Source of the DNA: Octopus sinensis
Lineage: Eukaryota
Direction of reading: 5' to 3'
NCBI RefSeq assembly: GCF_006345805.1
Contig: NC_043010.1
Coordinates: 38,750,001 to 38,814,000 of the forward strand
DNA length: 64,000 nt
In this document: positions 40,045 to 53,957 of the stretch, in pieces
Position numbering within the stretch: position 1 is the stretch's first letter
Layout of the letters: the number at the start of each line of letters is the position of its first letter
Program-made: the position numbers and the translations under genes
The notes under the pieces: generated by a model
Databases searched by the model: none
Seen by the model: only the letters and a program-made list of their open reading frames with translations
What the model was told of the DNA's origin: nothing

Positions 40045-41049
40045 CTTGCACACACACGTATACACGTGTGTATGTATAGTCCAGGGTTATGGCAAGTAAA
40101 AAGAAAACTAATTTCGCTACAAATTATGCATTGCATTTTATAAGGGAATAAATATTTTATAGAAAATGAGAGTAGCAGACATGACTAGGTAAACATATCG
40201 TTTTGCTGGTGCAACATCCCCACGTTCGATTTATGTAATTGCTGCTGTGCTGGACCCGTCATAGATGACACTTTAAATGATCACATTTCTATCTTGAAAC
40301 ACCTGGTTTCCATTTTGAGAGCTGAAATATTTCAATCCCGACACTGTTTGTGACTGCATTGTGCTTCAAGCTGACCATAGACTTTCTGTATGGAAGAAGC
40401 ATTTCTACCTTCTGGGTATATGAGTGGATTCATCGCGGCCTACCGTCTTAGAAAAGAAAAAAGAAAACACGTAGCGTAATGTGGCTTGGGGTGAAGTGTG
40501 CCTAGGAAACAGATGAAACGATCGCTGTCTGAATGTTTCTGATAATAGAGCAGTCCGATTAATTTCGACCCAGACATCATGAAAAACATTAACAATAAAC
40601 AACGCACGGGTTTGTTTGCATCAAGTTGGCCTCTGTAACACTGTTATAATGACAAATGATAGTTTAGTTGACCGTGGAAAGTTCTGATTTTCAAAGGTGC
40701 TGAAGAAATTAAAGTATATTCTTGAACAACAAGGAAAACACAGCATGGCCATTCGCCACGCTAGAAATAGCTGCGCAACCTGCGGTAAATTACACATTTA
40801 TAAAAGGAACCTTGGCTCATGCAGTCTTACAAAGATTATAGAAAAAACGAGGGGTTGGTCACAGCTGGAATGCAATTATCCATTATTCTCATTGATGAGG
40901 GCTGACCTATGACTAAAGAACACCAAATGCACCAACTACGGGAAATATAGCATTTAATGATTCTCCAATTACTGAGTCAATACCACAAGCAAATCTATTT
41001 CATATGTGCACCTAAAAGGAAGTTAATTCAGCTAATTAGCAAATTAGCC

Positions 41050-41240
41050 ATTCAGCTCTCGAGTTTATATGGATCCTGTGCATCTTCCATATATGAGACA
41101 ACGATCTCTGGTAACCTTTCTATTAATCCATTGCACCTTTTGTGTGTCCATATTTTACGCTGGGTACACCATATGAAGTTCCTGCCTACACCTTTCCAAC
41201 AAATCAAACAGGGCCACTTACCTGAGTGGGGTACGGTCCA
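41050..41240 (-). mobile_element. RTE-clade LINE fragment (post-RT Cys-rich finger)
   Basis: HSGKWPCLICWKGVGRNFIWCTQRKIWTHKRCNG matches the WPCxxCxKGVGxNSIxCxxCxxWxHKRC pattern of RTE/BovB-like ORFs. Confidence 0.75.
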
Positions 41241-41515
41241 GTCAAATATCAAAATATTACATGTACAATGAGGCGCCTTCTGCAGTGTTTTTCTTCCTGC
41301 TAGACATAGTAGTAAAAAATTTCAGCCAAATGTCATGAGTAGAGAAAGTCATGTAATGTTAGAGACGTAATGTTCAGAAGAAAGTTAGAATTACTACGGT
41401 TAGAACTCGTTTGATCGCGAGCTAAACAGATACATCGTTTCTTCTTGTTGATTCTGGTATCGCTACTCCAACGAACTCTCCACTTCTACTCCATATCTAC
41501 TCCGCCGAGACATAC

Positions 41516-41605
41516 TTCTCGTTACTTCTACTGATACCTCATAAAACATTTTCTCCAATGATTCCTTCTCGAGAGGAATCGACTTCTTAGCCACGTTTTT
41601 CTGTC
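41516..41605 (-). other. Candidate 90-nt coding exon (unidentified gene)
   Basis: Minus: branch-like ctgac, tttctctaaattcctacAG|, open phase 1-1 frame QKNVAKKSIPLEKESLEKMFYEVSVEVTR, donor |GTATGT. No homology recognised. Confidence 0.2.
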
Positions 41606-42909
41606 CTGTAGGAATTTAGAGAAATTTAAGCGTCAGAAATATCCAACCGCTATCGATTTTATCGATCTTACAAAACCATGAATTGTACTTTTCTTCGGAC
41701 TAATTAAAGAAAATTACATGTGCAACTAATTCTCTTTAAAAAAAATAGAACAATGAATATCTAATAAGTGTTCCTGTTACAATTTTAAAAATTGCTGTAG
41801 GAATTTGTATTCTATAAGGTTGCTGAATAATTTTGTTGAGACCAGTTTTCAACGTAGCAGTCAGTTGTTCACTGTAGCTAATCGTTGGTTAACTGCAAAG
41901 TGATTTCCTAGTCTTCCGTGAATGAAGGTTGTTGTGTAATTGTTTCTTCTAACTACATTAGTCCCTTATAACGCTTTAAAAATAATGTTATAATCACAGC
42001 ATTTAAATCGTCTTAATGAGAGCCATTAATGCAGCAGATCATAAGTTACTAGCAGATGTCAGAATACGTTCAGAAGTTCATGACCGAAGACACATGGATT
42101 TGAAATGATTCAATGAGATTATTTGCAGATAACCATCACATGATTCCATTGTTGCGGATAGAACTGGGGGAAGAATTTTAAAATCGACGCAGATTTTATT
42201 AATTCAGAGATCTACGGTGGTGATCGAAGTCGGAGATGTAATGATTGAAGCCTCAATTCATTATGTTCTGAGTTCAAATCACATTAAGGTCAACTGAGCC
42301 TTTCAACTTTTCAGAGTCGCTAAGATAAAGTACCAGTGAAGTATTACAGTCAGTGGTATAAAATATTCGCCCTGACCCACTCAGAAGTGCAGGCTTTTTT
42401 CTTAAACCTGAAACGAATTAAGACAGAGATTTTGGTTGCAAGCGAAAATGTATCAACACATTCTTAAGACCTCACCACATTTCCAGTTTTAAAGTGAGGC
42501 TTTCGCTCTCATTCGAACATCTCATCAACCACTGTCAGGAAAATACTCAGAAATAGCAACGTAATAACTCCTGACGACACTCGTTAAGGTTTTAAAACAG
42601 GTTATCTAGCCTGAACAAGAAACGCGGGGCATTCTCCATCGGAACATTTTTTCTATTGTTATAGCTTTATTCGATTAATGCTGAACTAGGTCTAAGCATG
42701 CACACGAATAAAAATAAAAGCAATATCAATATAAACAGCAAATAGCTGTGGTTTTGACGTAACTTCTATTAAAAGGTTTGGTGGTGGTGGCGAAAAACCA
42801 ATTTCTTTCTTTCGTTAAATCACTTACATCAATTTACACCACTTTCTTTACATTACTCTTGAGAAATGTACGAAAATTATAATAACAACAACAACAACAC
42901 AACAACAAC

Positions 42910-42942
<33 letters not shown>

Positions 42943-43791
42943 CTCAATCTGTCATCATTCTTTCAATACTATAAATCTCCCACTAACATCCCAAATCAAT
43001 GGCGCCATGCTTAGTTAACAAAGAAACCGCTGAATTAGTATATTTTTTCAGAATTTATTTATTTAAATTTTCAACATGTTAAAGTAATTTCGAATATGCG
43101 TTTATTTTAACAGTTAAATTCCAATATTGAAATCCAATATTTCAGAAAATTTTTTTACTGAATGACAAAAATGACATAAAAAAAAAAAGGAAATACGAAA
43201 ACCCATCAACACAAATATAATCCGATTATTATGGATATTTTAAGTCCTCGATATAGAAAGTTTCAAATTTCAAATTATTAAAACTTTAAGAATCTCAATA
43301 CCGAAATTAAATACTTTATTCTAGATGCTTAAAAAACTGTCGTGAATTGCAAATTTTAAAATTCTCATTATTGGTAATATTTTCTTGGAGATATATGACG
43401 GATTTAAATACAAAATAATTGAATTTTAAGAGAGAGTAAATTTGATGTGGTGACTGCAATTCATTTCCATCATTATAGTCACGTTGTGAATGATAAGTAT
43501 AGATTTTTATTTGTGCCAGATTAGCCTTCTTCAAGCCTATTCATGATCAAAACCCAACAATACATCATCATCATCGGGTCATGTTGTAGAATATCTTTAA
43601 AAAAATATAGATTAGCAACATATGCAGTATTAATATCTAGAGGTAATATTTAGCCGTACTGAAATTTACCCATTTTTGATGATTACATAAGTTTTAAAAA
43701 GATATTTATCAGCGACAGAGACAAAATTAATAGCCAGATGTAATATTTATCCCTACTTATATAAGAATGTTCTGTTAAAACAAACTATACT

Positions 43792-44026
43792 TATTTCTTT
43801 ATTGCCCACAAGAGGCTAAACATAGAGGGGACAAACAAGGATAGACAAAGGGATTAAGTCGATTACATCGACCCCGGTGCGTAACTGGTACTTAATTTAT
43901 TGAAGCCGAAAGGATGAAAGGCAAAGTCGACCTCGGCGGAATTTGCTCTCAGAACGTAACGGCAGACGAAATACCGCTAGGCATTTCGCCCGGCGTGCTA
44001 ACGTTCCTGCCAGCTCCCCGCCTTAG
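43792..44026 (-). mobile_element. SINE family A, full length, 13-bp TSD
   Basis: TSD aacaaactatact at 43779-43791 and 44027-44039; body is the reverse complement of 2183-2417. Confidence 0.95.
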
Positions 44027-44085
44027 AACAAACTATACTGCAGTAGTTACCATGAGAGATGTGCAAAATCGACTCATGTTTATAT

Positions 44086-44219
44086 CACTAGCGAGGAGAA
44101 AAATCCCCACCAACTCCTCTTCCGTGGCCACCAGTTCACGTAATTTCGACATACCTTGATCTCATCGGCGATGGACGCTTGACTGCTAGAGATAGTTGCG
44201 ACTTATTTTCCCGCTAGTG
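44086..44219. mobile_element. 134-bp MITE with CACTAG termini (CMC/CACTA-like)
   Basis: cactagcgaggagaaaaat ... ttattttcccgctagtg; flanks AT on both sides. Confidence 0.6.
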
Positions 44220-45047
44220 ATATATAGAAAAATAGGTGCTAGTGTCGCGATTAGCCAGTGAGCTTATTCTAAATTCTTATAACGTCACTAGCATGATTTG
44301 TTATTCTTTTTTATCGATCGAAGACGGATGAGATGTGAAAGGTTATCAAGATGGATTTAGAAATCATGATTTTCCATTCCAGTCAAATTTTCAAACAAAT
44401 TAAAAAAAAAGACAAAAAAACAAAAAACAAATATTTCTTCAATAGAAATGTGCCTTACTTATATTTTAAGATGGTAGGCCGAGATTATCGATTGTGGGTA
44501 GAGTTTTATGCTATTTATAACCGGTCGAGCGTCGAGATAAGAGAGTTGTAGTCGAATGGATTTAACGTTGAAAGTGCTCGAAGATACGTAGCTCAGAACT
44601 TCGACCAAGTATTCTAATCGCTATCGACTAAACAGACAAGAGTGGTATAGTGTGGATCAAGAGTTCCTGTTTACTAATTATAATTATAAATACTGAACCG
44701 GCGTATGCGACAAAGGAGAGTGTAGTATATCTAATAATCAGTTAAAACTTCATTGGCTCGAATCCTATAATCGTTAATACTTAGTAGTCGAGGCGATGTG
44801 ATTGATGTCTGAAATGACAAAAATTAACACAGCAGTATCTTTAGTATTTCTAATTTAGGCCAGCAATTTGAGGAGGAGTTAGTCGATTAAGTACTAGAGT
44901 CGATTCGTTCGACTAGAATTCTTCAAGGTCTAATGACTAAAAAACGTAAAAGATAAAAGTGAAAAAAACTCGTGATCACGAAGATTGTTTGGAAGAGTAG
45001 ACGATTAGCAGCAAGTTAGCACTTAGCTCAAAGCAATTAAAGTGGTA

Positions 45048-45093
<46 letters not shown>

Positions 45094-45124
45094 ACATACA
45101 CACTCAAACACACACACACACACA

Positions 45125-45157
<33 letters not shown>

Positions 45158-45169
45158 GCCACAACAGGA

Positions 45170-45510
45170 TACACCAGACGTTCCATTCACTTCCCAGCGT
45201 CCTTTTCTTGCCGTCTTTTTTGGAATATAGATTTACTAGGAGGAGTAAATTCCTAAGTCCCTCGGTCCTGCCCTTTTTAGTCGCCTCTTACGCCACGCAG
45301 GGAATACAGCGATTGCTTTATACCAATTCCCCTCACCAGTCGCAGGTAGGGTTGCTAGTTAACCCATAGCTGGGGCCCTTACAGGTGCTACCACTCCAGG
45401 CCAGAGTAGACCTGGAAACGATAGTGGCTAAGAGGTGATTCCAGACGCCTCAAACCCTGAAACCGGGGCCCCAGGGTCCCACTACCGGATGTAGTTCATA
45501 GTCATACTCT
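45170..45510. mobile_element. GC-richer retroelement-derived remnant(s), family uncertain
   Basis: Composition departs from flanks. Minus motif ccctgcgtggcgtaagaggcgactaa recalls RTE-type 5' ends; plus segment caggtgctaccactccaggccagagtagacctgg recalls a SINE/LINE tail. Confidence 0.35.
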
Positions 45511-46907
45511 GTGATACATAATAAGATTTAAAACAGGGTTAAAAAATCGTTCAAGATTCATTGTTCCAATAAATAATATGAATCAATTCACAATTTTGAA
45601 TTTTTAAAAATTCTTACAACGTTACCAACATGTTTTGTAATTTTTTTTTATCGATCGAAGAAGGATAAAATGAAAAAGATGACCAAAAATGGTTCCTATT
45701 CCAGTCATATTTTCAAACCCTTTTGCAAAGAAAAGAAAATCACGAAACGAAGCGAAAGTAATAGAAAAAAAAAGAACAATAAACAAAAACAAAGCAAAAG
45801 TAACGTTACATCCAATGGAGATTCTTCGATTTAAAGCCAATGTTTTTGGTTCTGTCTGAAACATAAAACAAAAACAACACACGTTCTACAGAATGATTTC
45901 ACTTAAAGAATCTGTACTTTAGATACAGGAAATGTATTTTGGAAGCGTTGATGTATAATCTTAAATTTTTTGGGTTATTTCTTTCCTCTTTTCTTCATTT
46001 TTATTGATACACGCTGTTTTCTAAAGGCAAAAACTGCTTTCTCTCTACATGTAATTGTTAGTCTGGCAATTTCCTTTTACTATTTGTGTATGGATTTCTG
46101 TTTCTACTTTTAGTTTGAATGTCAAAGATTGTTTATTCCAACATGTATGCACTATTTCTGCTGTTACTGTGCATTGTTACCGAGGAGATAACACGCAGTT
46201 ATGCGAGATAGTGTGGTAGGCGTACAAACGAAGATGATCAACTCTCTCTGAAAAGCTAAAATGTTGAAAAACAAAAAGAGGAAAAAAACAACAAGAAATT
46301 GAGAAGTAAAAGAAATTTGAGAAAAATATTGCTTTCTGTTTAAAAAAAATTCTCATATTTATTTAAATTTTATATTTTTTATCCAGCATGTTCCCTAAAA
46401 TTGAAACAATCAAACAAACAAGAACGACGATATAAAATGGAAAGGTAAAAACATAAATGCGAAAATATATAAACGAAACTCCAAAAATTTTACGAAAAAG
46501 AATACTTGACAGAACTATAAATTCTGAATTTACAAGCTCCACGCTAATTTTATTTTTAATTTATCCCATTCATGTGAAACCACTTATTCAATTTCAAATC
46601 CTTGATGTAATTTTATACCAATTGCTATTTTTACTTTTGTTATGTTACGATTATATTATACTTTAGTTTGATTTTAATTATTACTTACTACATATAATTC
46701 AATTGTTATTATTATTTTTATTGTTAAACTGAAAGTATCTGACATAAAATAGAGAAAGGTTTTTGTTACACTTTTAACACGTAATACTGAAATAGTGGAG
46801 AAGATATGATATTGCTATGGGCTCACCCTGGGCAAGAAGTCCTCGATTTTTAGGGAAACACACAGACAGACACACATATTCTCGTTTTATATATATATAT
46901 ATATATC

Positions 46908-46943
<36 letters not shown>

Positions 46944-47152
46944 GTGTGTGTGTGTGTATTTCCTTTTGGGATTTGGTGCAAAATTCTTATATGAGTTCGT
47001 GTTTTGACTCTCAAAACTATTAAAAGGTTGCAAGACGCAACGAAAAATTTAGGAAAATAAAAAAACAAAAAATTGAAAAATTTTTACCGGTAGGTGTGTT
47101 ATATTATAAGGCACAAAAGAAAATGACTCTCCCTAGAAAACAGTATATATAT

Positions 47153-47202
<50 letters not shown>

Positions 47203-47249
47203 TAATATATATATATATTATCTATATTATATATATATATATTAATATA

Positions 47250-47650
47250 GACGTAGGAGTGGTGTGTGTAAGTAGCTTGCTTATCAACCACATGGTTCCC
47301 GGTTCAGTCCCACTGCGTGGCACCTTGGGCAAGTGTCTTCTACTATAGCCTTGGGCAGACCAAAGCCTTGGGAGTGGATTTGGTAGACGGAAGTGAAAGA
47401 AGCCCGTCGTATATATGTTTATATATATATGTATGTGTGTGTATATATTTGTGTGTTTGTATTTGTCCTCCCAGCATCGCTTGACAACCGATGGGTGTGT
47501 GTTTACGTCCCCGTAACATAGCGGTTCGACAAAAGTGACCGATAGAATAAGTACTAGACTTACAAATAATAATCCTGGGGTCGACTTGCTCGACTCAAGG
47601 CGGTGCTCCAGCATGGCCACAGTCAAATGACTGAAAGAAGTAAAAGAGTA
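47250..47650 (+). mobile_element. SINE family B, intact reference copy
   Basis: tRNA-like head (GGTTCAGTCCC B-box-like), central gcaccttgggcaagtgtcttc domain, internal (TA)/(TG) tract, tail gactgaaagaagtaaaagag. Confidence 0.93.
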
Positions 47651-47674
47651 ATATATATATATTCTGAAGGTGAA

Positions 47675-47748
<74 letters not shown>

Positions 47749-48366
47749 TGTTTAGGAACACCCGAGATGGTAAAGAAACCGCTTAAGACAGAGTTGCCGT
47801 ATAAACCTCTTAACATCACGAATATTTGTTAACAGTAATGAAAAATAATTTCGTTTTCATTCATTGAAGAATAGTTGAAATATCTAAGAATATAAAATAA
47901 CACAATGAAAATAAATTTAAAAAAAGAGCATTAAAACAACAATAAAACAAAGCGTTTGAAATAAACGAACAGAAATTCAAAAACATATGAAACCCAAAAC
48001 AAAAATAATATACTACATAGGACTGCATAAAAAAACATCTAAAAAGTAGAGGTAGAAGGATAAATAATATTTCTTGAAATCATTCTGTATTAGTTGTTTG
48101 GACAGGAATGGAGGAATCGAAATTGCCAAAGACTGGAAAATAAGAAGGAAAAAATAAGAGGAAAGAAAAAACGTTTAGTGGCGTTAAGAAACCTAAGATA
48201 CGCGATTTATTTATATAAAAAGATATGACAACGAAGAAAATTCACTTTCTGTTTCAAATATTTGCATTTTAATAAGACCAAATGAAAACAACGTCGAAAT
48301 GACAAAAGATATATATCTATGTATACGATATATATATATTTATTATATACATATACATTATGTATG

Positions 48367-48444
<78 letters not shown>

Positions 48445-48678
48445 CATACATATATATATACATATATATATATACATAAATATACATATATATAAATACA
48501 CATATTAATATACACATATATGTCGACACGCATACATGTATACAAACACCGATACAAACATATACATATGTATGTATATATATATATATAAGCATCTATA
48601 GACGTATACACACACACACACATATATATATATGTATATATGTATGTATATACATATATATACGCATATATTTATAAT

Positions 48679-48734
<56 letters not shown>

Positions 48735-49439
48735 GAAATGCAATTTATGACTCTCGAATGAACTTTTGTCAAAATTTGATTGGAAGCGAAAATGTTTGAT
48801 GGCGTGTGGAATTGCTAGGAAAGGCGTACAGAACCAACTAATGGCTTGTATGTAAATCAGCCTACCATAGTTTCTGCGTTAAGAACAGAGGCGTAGAATT
48901 TCTAATTTTATTTTAACCTTCCACCGTACAATTTTAAAGATGACACAAACTAATTTTGTCTCTGCTGAAGTCGATTAAAACGGTGCCGTTATCTAAGCAG
49001 AAATTATCCTTTTATTCACTTCTGGCGAATTACATAGTGGAAGGGCAGTCATTTTTGATAATTGTAGAGCTATGTTTATAATACGCACCTTTGAACCCAG
49101 TGCAGGGTTTTTTTCTTTGCCTGTCATGGCTGTCCAAGTTGTTAGAGTAATTTACATAGTACTTAAAATAGTTACCAGACTCATAAAGGATACTTTTGTT
49201 GTGGTTTTTATTCTAGTGTTAATAGCCTCTTCTCTACTAAAGACAAAAACACTCCGATGGTGAAATCAAGGACATTTCTATATGCACCAGGGTGTTTGGG
49301 AATCATTAAAGGACTTGGGGATGAGAAGTAACTTCTTGCTCCCTCATCTGTTTCCACAAAACGTTGCTTCGTGGGAAAAAAAGGGAGCATAATATAGATA
49401 TTTAGTAAATATGTTAGATGAATATTGGTTTCGAATTTT

Positions 49440-49705
49440 GGCACTAACGATTCTGCCAGCTCACCACATTTATATTAAATGAATACTGATTTCAAATTTT
49501 GGCACAAGGCCAGCAATTCTGGGAGAGGGGATACGTTGATTACATCGTCCCCCAGAGCCAAACTGGTACTTATTTTGCTGATCCCGAAAGTGGAAAGGCA
49601 AAGTAGACTTCGGTGGGATTTGAACTCAGAATATAAAGCCGGATGAAGTGCCTCTAAGCGTGTTGCCTGGCGTGCAAACGATTCTTCTAGTTCGCCGCCT
49701 TTTGT
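49440..49705 (-). mobile_element. SINE family A-related fragments
   Basis: gcactaacgattctgccagctcacc and ctggtacttattttgctgatcccgaaag...aggcaaagtagacttcggtgggatttgaactcagaat. Confidence 0.75.
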
Positions 49706-50597
49706 TACCTGAATATCGCCATTACTATTTGTATTTCATAGAATTATCTAAAGAGAGTATAAAAGGGGTAATCTAGTTATTTTCCTTTGGCTCTTTATTT
49801 GCACTTCACATCATTTCGTTGGATAACGCAAGAAAAGGTCGCCATATTTGCCCTCTCTACTGAAAAGATAGAGGACTGAATCAATCACTGTCTAAAAAAT
49901 AGAGGACTCATTAAAAAACGTATCAACGATCAAGTCTAAACAGGTTTTGACTAAAGACATGAAGATTAACCTGGGGCTATACAATAATAATATTCTACAG
50001 TCATGTTCGTTCGTCTGTTTAATATCAACAAAACTTAAGAGTATTTAGGGAGATGATATTTTGTTGTATTTCTGTATATCATACTTGGCAAATCTTATAA
50101 GAATTTTCAATACTCTCGTTAGTTTTTATAAATTTTCTAATATTCTAAATGCATATTGACGTCTGCAATAGTCTAAATATATTTATTATATTAACACAAT
50201 TGTTAAGTTATTTTACGCAAACTTAAATTCATGTAAATAATATATATATATATTGTTGTTTATATTTATTTTACACCAACTAAAATACACAGAGAAGTGC
50301 TGCAATTATTTACTTCGCCTGGAGTTTATGGTTTGTTCATTTCGCAAACAAAAATATTTATTTTTAGAAGGTGTATAATAGCTAGCTTCCTCAAACAATG
50401 CTTATAAACATGGATACGTATGTACATACAAACATACGTACATACACATACATACATAATATATATTGTCAAACATTTTAAAACTTATATTCGTATGTCG
50501 TCGTACACATGTGCGTGTACACATATATACATACATATTTGTTTGTGTGCATATAGATATATATATAATAGGTGCAAGTGTGACTGTAATGGTAATA

Positions 50598-50657
50598 GTA
50601 GTAGTAGTCGTAGTAGTAATAATAATAATAATAATAATAATGGTAATAATAATAATA

Positions 50658-50695
<38 letters not shown>
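50598..50695. repeat. (AGT)n/(AAT)n microsatellite
   Basis: Direct reading. Confidence 0.95.
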
Positions 50696-50954
50696 TGGGA
50701 ATATTATTCTAAACTTACAGGGGAAAATTCAATTGATAAATATTAAATCAAATTTCACAAAATATAAAATGGAAAAAAACACCTTTTGTCAATTCATATT
50801 TATTATCTTGTACTTTACTTAATCATTGGTATATCTTTTTTATCTTATATTTAATTTTTTTTATATAGGATGTTATTTTCTTTGTATATGGTATAATTTA
50901 ATTTTTTTTTATTGTTGAATTGATAAAAGGTGGTTTTTCTCTAATTTATATATA

Positions 50955-51290
50955 TGGGCGCAGGCGTGACTGTGCAGTAAGAAGTTTGCTTCGCAAACCA
51001 GATGTTTCAGGGTTCAGCATTATTGCATGGTCTCTGGTATGTATGAGTGTGCATGTGTATGAATATATGTATGTAGCTATGTGTGGTTTGTGTGTCTTTG
51101 TTTTGTGTTTGTGTCCACCACGGCTTGACAGCGAGTGTTGGTCTATTTACGTCCCCGTAACTCTGCAGTTCGAGGAAAAAGTGTCGATCGAACTATTACC
51201 CGACTGGCGATCAATTTGTTCGACTAAACTCCTTGAGTCCGTTGTCATAGGATGGTGCTATCCAATGACTGAAACATGTAAAAGATAAAA
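50955..51290 (+). mobile_element. SINE family B, decayed
   Basis: gcaggcgtgactgtgcagtaagaagtttgcttc...tttacgtccccgtaact...aatgactgaaacatgtaaaagataaaa. Confidence 0.75.
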
Positions 51291-51787
51291 CAAAGAGATA
51301 ACTAATTTCTACTCATTTACCAAAAAACGATATTTCACAGAACTCAATGCTTAAACGTAAAGCATTCTGCAATACATACTATTTTAAAAGGTTTATAATC
51401 GCCAGTGTACTGTGGTACATGTTTTTACACTTACTTTGTAGGTTTTAATTAAATCGTGCGAGTGATACCGCTATACATATATGCATATACAAACCAAAGA
51501 GGAAAATAGAAATTTTCGGAATTATTTATTCGTCAATACACGTGTTTCCTTTTCCAGTAAGAATTACAAAGATTTACATATTATATTCACATGTAAGGAA
51601 TTTTCATCAGAGAGATCGATCGTCAGACAGGGAAATTTTTTTATACTACGAAAATGCGGAAATTTGTGGATATGGAATTTATCCTACCTATATAGTATAC
51701 GCACGCGCACACACATGTATGTATTTGTATTAATGCGTTTTTGTTTTTATGTCATAATAAAAAAAAACATTAAATTTAAGGAATACG

Positions 51788-51845
<58 letters not shown>

Positions 51846-51850
<5 letters not shown>

Positions 51851-52052
51851 GAAATAGAAAAATGAATAATCTTGTTGCAGATTAATCAAAAGTTTAACCG
51901 ATACCTTGGTAGCAAAAATCACAGCAGAAGACGGCACGGTTGGAGGTACAACCATATGGTGTTGCAACCGTGCGTTGGTGCGGATAATTGAATTTTAATA
52001 TTATTATTTCTGTTCAATCTTCGTTCAACTCCATTTCTTCAATTCACTAATA
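51846..52052. mobile_element. Small (TA)n-embedded element, copy 2
   Basis: Homologous to 30504-30660 in opposite orientation, with ~47 extra bp near one end; (TA)n on both sides. Confidence 0.8.
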
Positions 52053-52258
52053 ATATATATATATATATATATATGTATATGACTCAAAGAAAGTTAGAGG
52101 TTGTGAATCCAACCCACTAAAGGATAATATATATCCAATATACTGCTGGTAGAATCTCCGATTATTGATACACATGTGGTTTTTATTGCATTGCAATTAC
52201 ATTACCCAGTGTACTAAATGGGTGAAGGTAAAGAGATATTTTACCATTAATTTAAATA

Positions 52259-52606
52259 GCAATAAGAAAATGGAGGGGATCAATAGGTGGTTCATCAACT
52301 TTTAGACATATTATGTTAACTTATTTATTTATTTACTAAACTGAAAATTACAATAATATACATACATATAACATATTATGGTTTACATATAAGATATAAA
52401 ACATAGTATATTAATGTTTGTTATTTTATAATAATTACTGGTATCCTTATTCATTACTATATTTTATACCTTATATGTAAAGCATAATATGTTATATGTA
52501 TATATATTATTGTGATTATCAGTTTAGTAAATAAATAAATAAGTTAACATAATATAATGTCTAAAAGTTGATGAACCACCTATTGATCCCCTCCAACTTC
52601 TTATTG

Positions 52607-52607
<1 letters not shown>
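52259..52607. mobile_element. 349-bp fold-back MITE with ~150-bp TIRs and TA flanks
   Basis: gcaataagaa..tggaggggatcaataggtggttcatcaacttttagaca at left; reverse complement at 52555-52607; 48-bp spacer 52408-52455. Confidence 0.9.
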
Positions 52608-52664
<57 letters not shown>

Positions 52665-53705
52665 ATATATATATATATACACATATATACACACGTATAT
52701 ATAAGTAAAAAAACTAAGGAAATTAATTCTTTCAAATGGGTGCATAAAATATCCAATTCACTGGGACATCAATTGAATATCGCAGAAATAGGGATATAAA
52801 CCAAATTTCAAGCAATTAATTAAATAGATTCAATTGACCATCTGATAATTTATTTATATTATAATATAACATAGTATACTGTGAATATAAAATAATACAA
52901 GGTAACCTAAAAAAAATATTAAAATATCAAACAAGCCAACAATTTGTTTCGACTTATAAACATTATTTGGTTTATAAACAATTCATATCCATTCCATATC
53001 TCTTCAGAGCTTTGGTTCAAAAGACACGAAATTTCGTGTGAAGGACGGCTGGATTGCAAAAAAATTAATTGAAATGCCTATGTTTAGGAGCATGAGGGCT
53101 AACTTCTCAACTGCATAACAATGACAATAAATAAACAATAGATAAATAAATAAAGTTATAACAGACAACAAGAAATTAAGTAAATAAAATCTACGACTAT
53201 CGAAATATGTTTTCATATATCTCAAATAATATCAATCCAAATTCGTTTAGGTCGAAGACAATCTTCGGCAATTTTTAAATAATTGCCAACGATTATTTTA
53301 ATGATCCCTATTTAAGTAACTTCAAATTTAGTTACTTCTGAAAAACAAGTAATATTTTGATAGCCATTATTTTAACGTAACTCTATATCTACGGCGTAAT
53401 ATAGGTTGTAGTTATTGAAGTTTGAAGTTGATGTTCTAAGCTGATGTCTTTTACGGAATTCTTCCCCCGATAAACTACGTAAATAAAGAACATTTTTTGT
53501 TAGTTACTCTAAAATCATTTTATATCGGTAACTTTAGATAAAAGAGAAGAGCTGTTAAATATTACCAATATAATACTACATTATCATTGATATATATTTA
53601 CACGTTTTATTAGTCTTTAGATTAAGTAAGACCCTGATACATTATGTTATATTATAATATAAATAGATTATTAGATTGTCAATCGAATCTCTCTATATAA
53701 TTCAT

Positions 53706-53797
<92 letters not shown>

Positions 53798-53830
53798 CAT
53801 ACGTACATACAAACATACACAAATACATAC

Positions 53831-53863
<33 letters not shown>

Positions 53864-53957
53864 TGCATATACATATTCATATACGTGTATATACAGACAT
53901 AGCTACACACACATACACATTCTTGCTTAAAAGCCGCACTCCATGCGAACTTTTTGG

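Noticed and set aside
45810-45855. Minus-strand acceptor tttttgttttatgtttcAG with a possible 46-nt exon
   Set aside because: Weak donor (GAT|GTAACG) and no recognisable peptide.
46830-46900. Helitron-like 5' signature on minus (tatataaaacgagaatatgtgtgtctgtc)
   Set aside because: No convincing hairpin plus CTAG 3' end was found.
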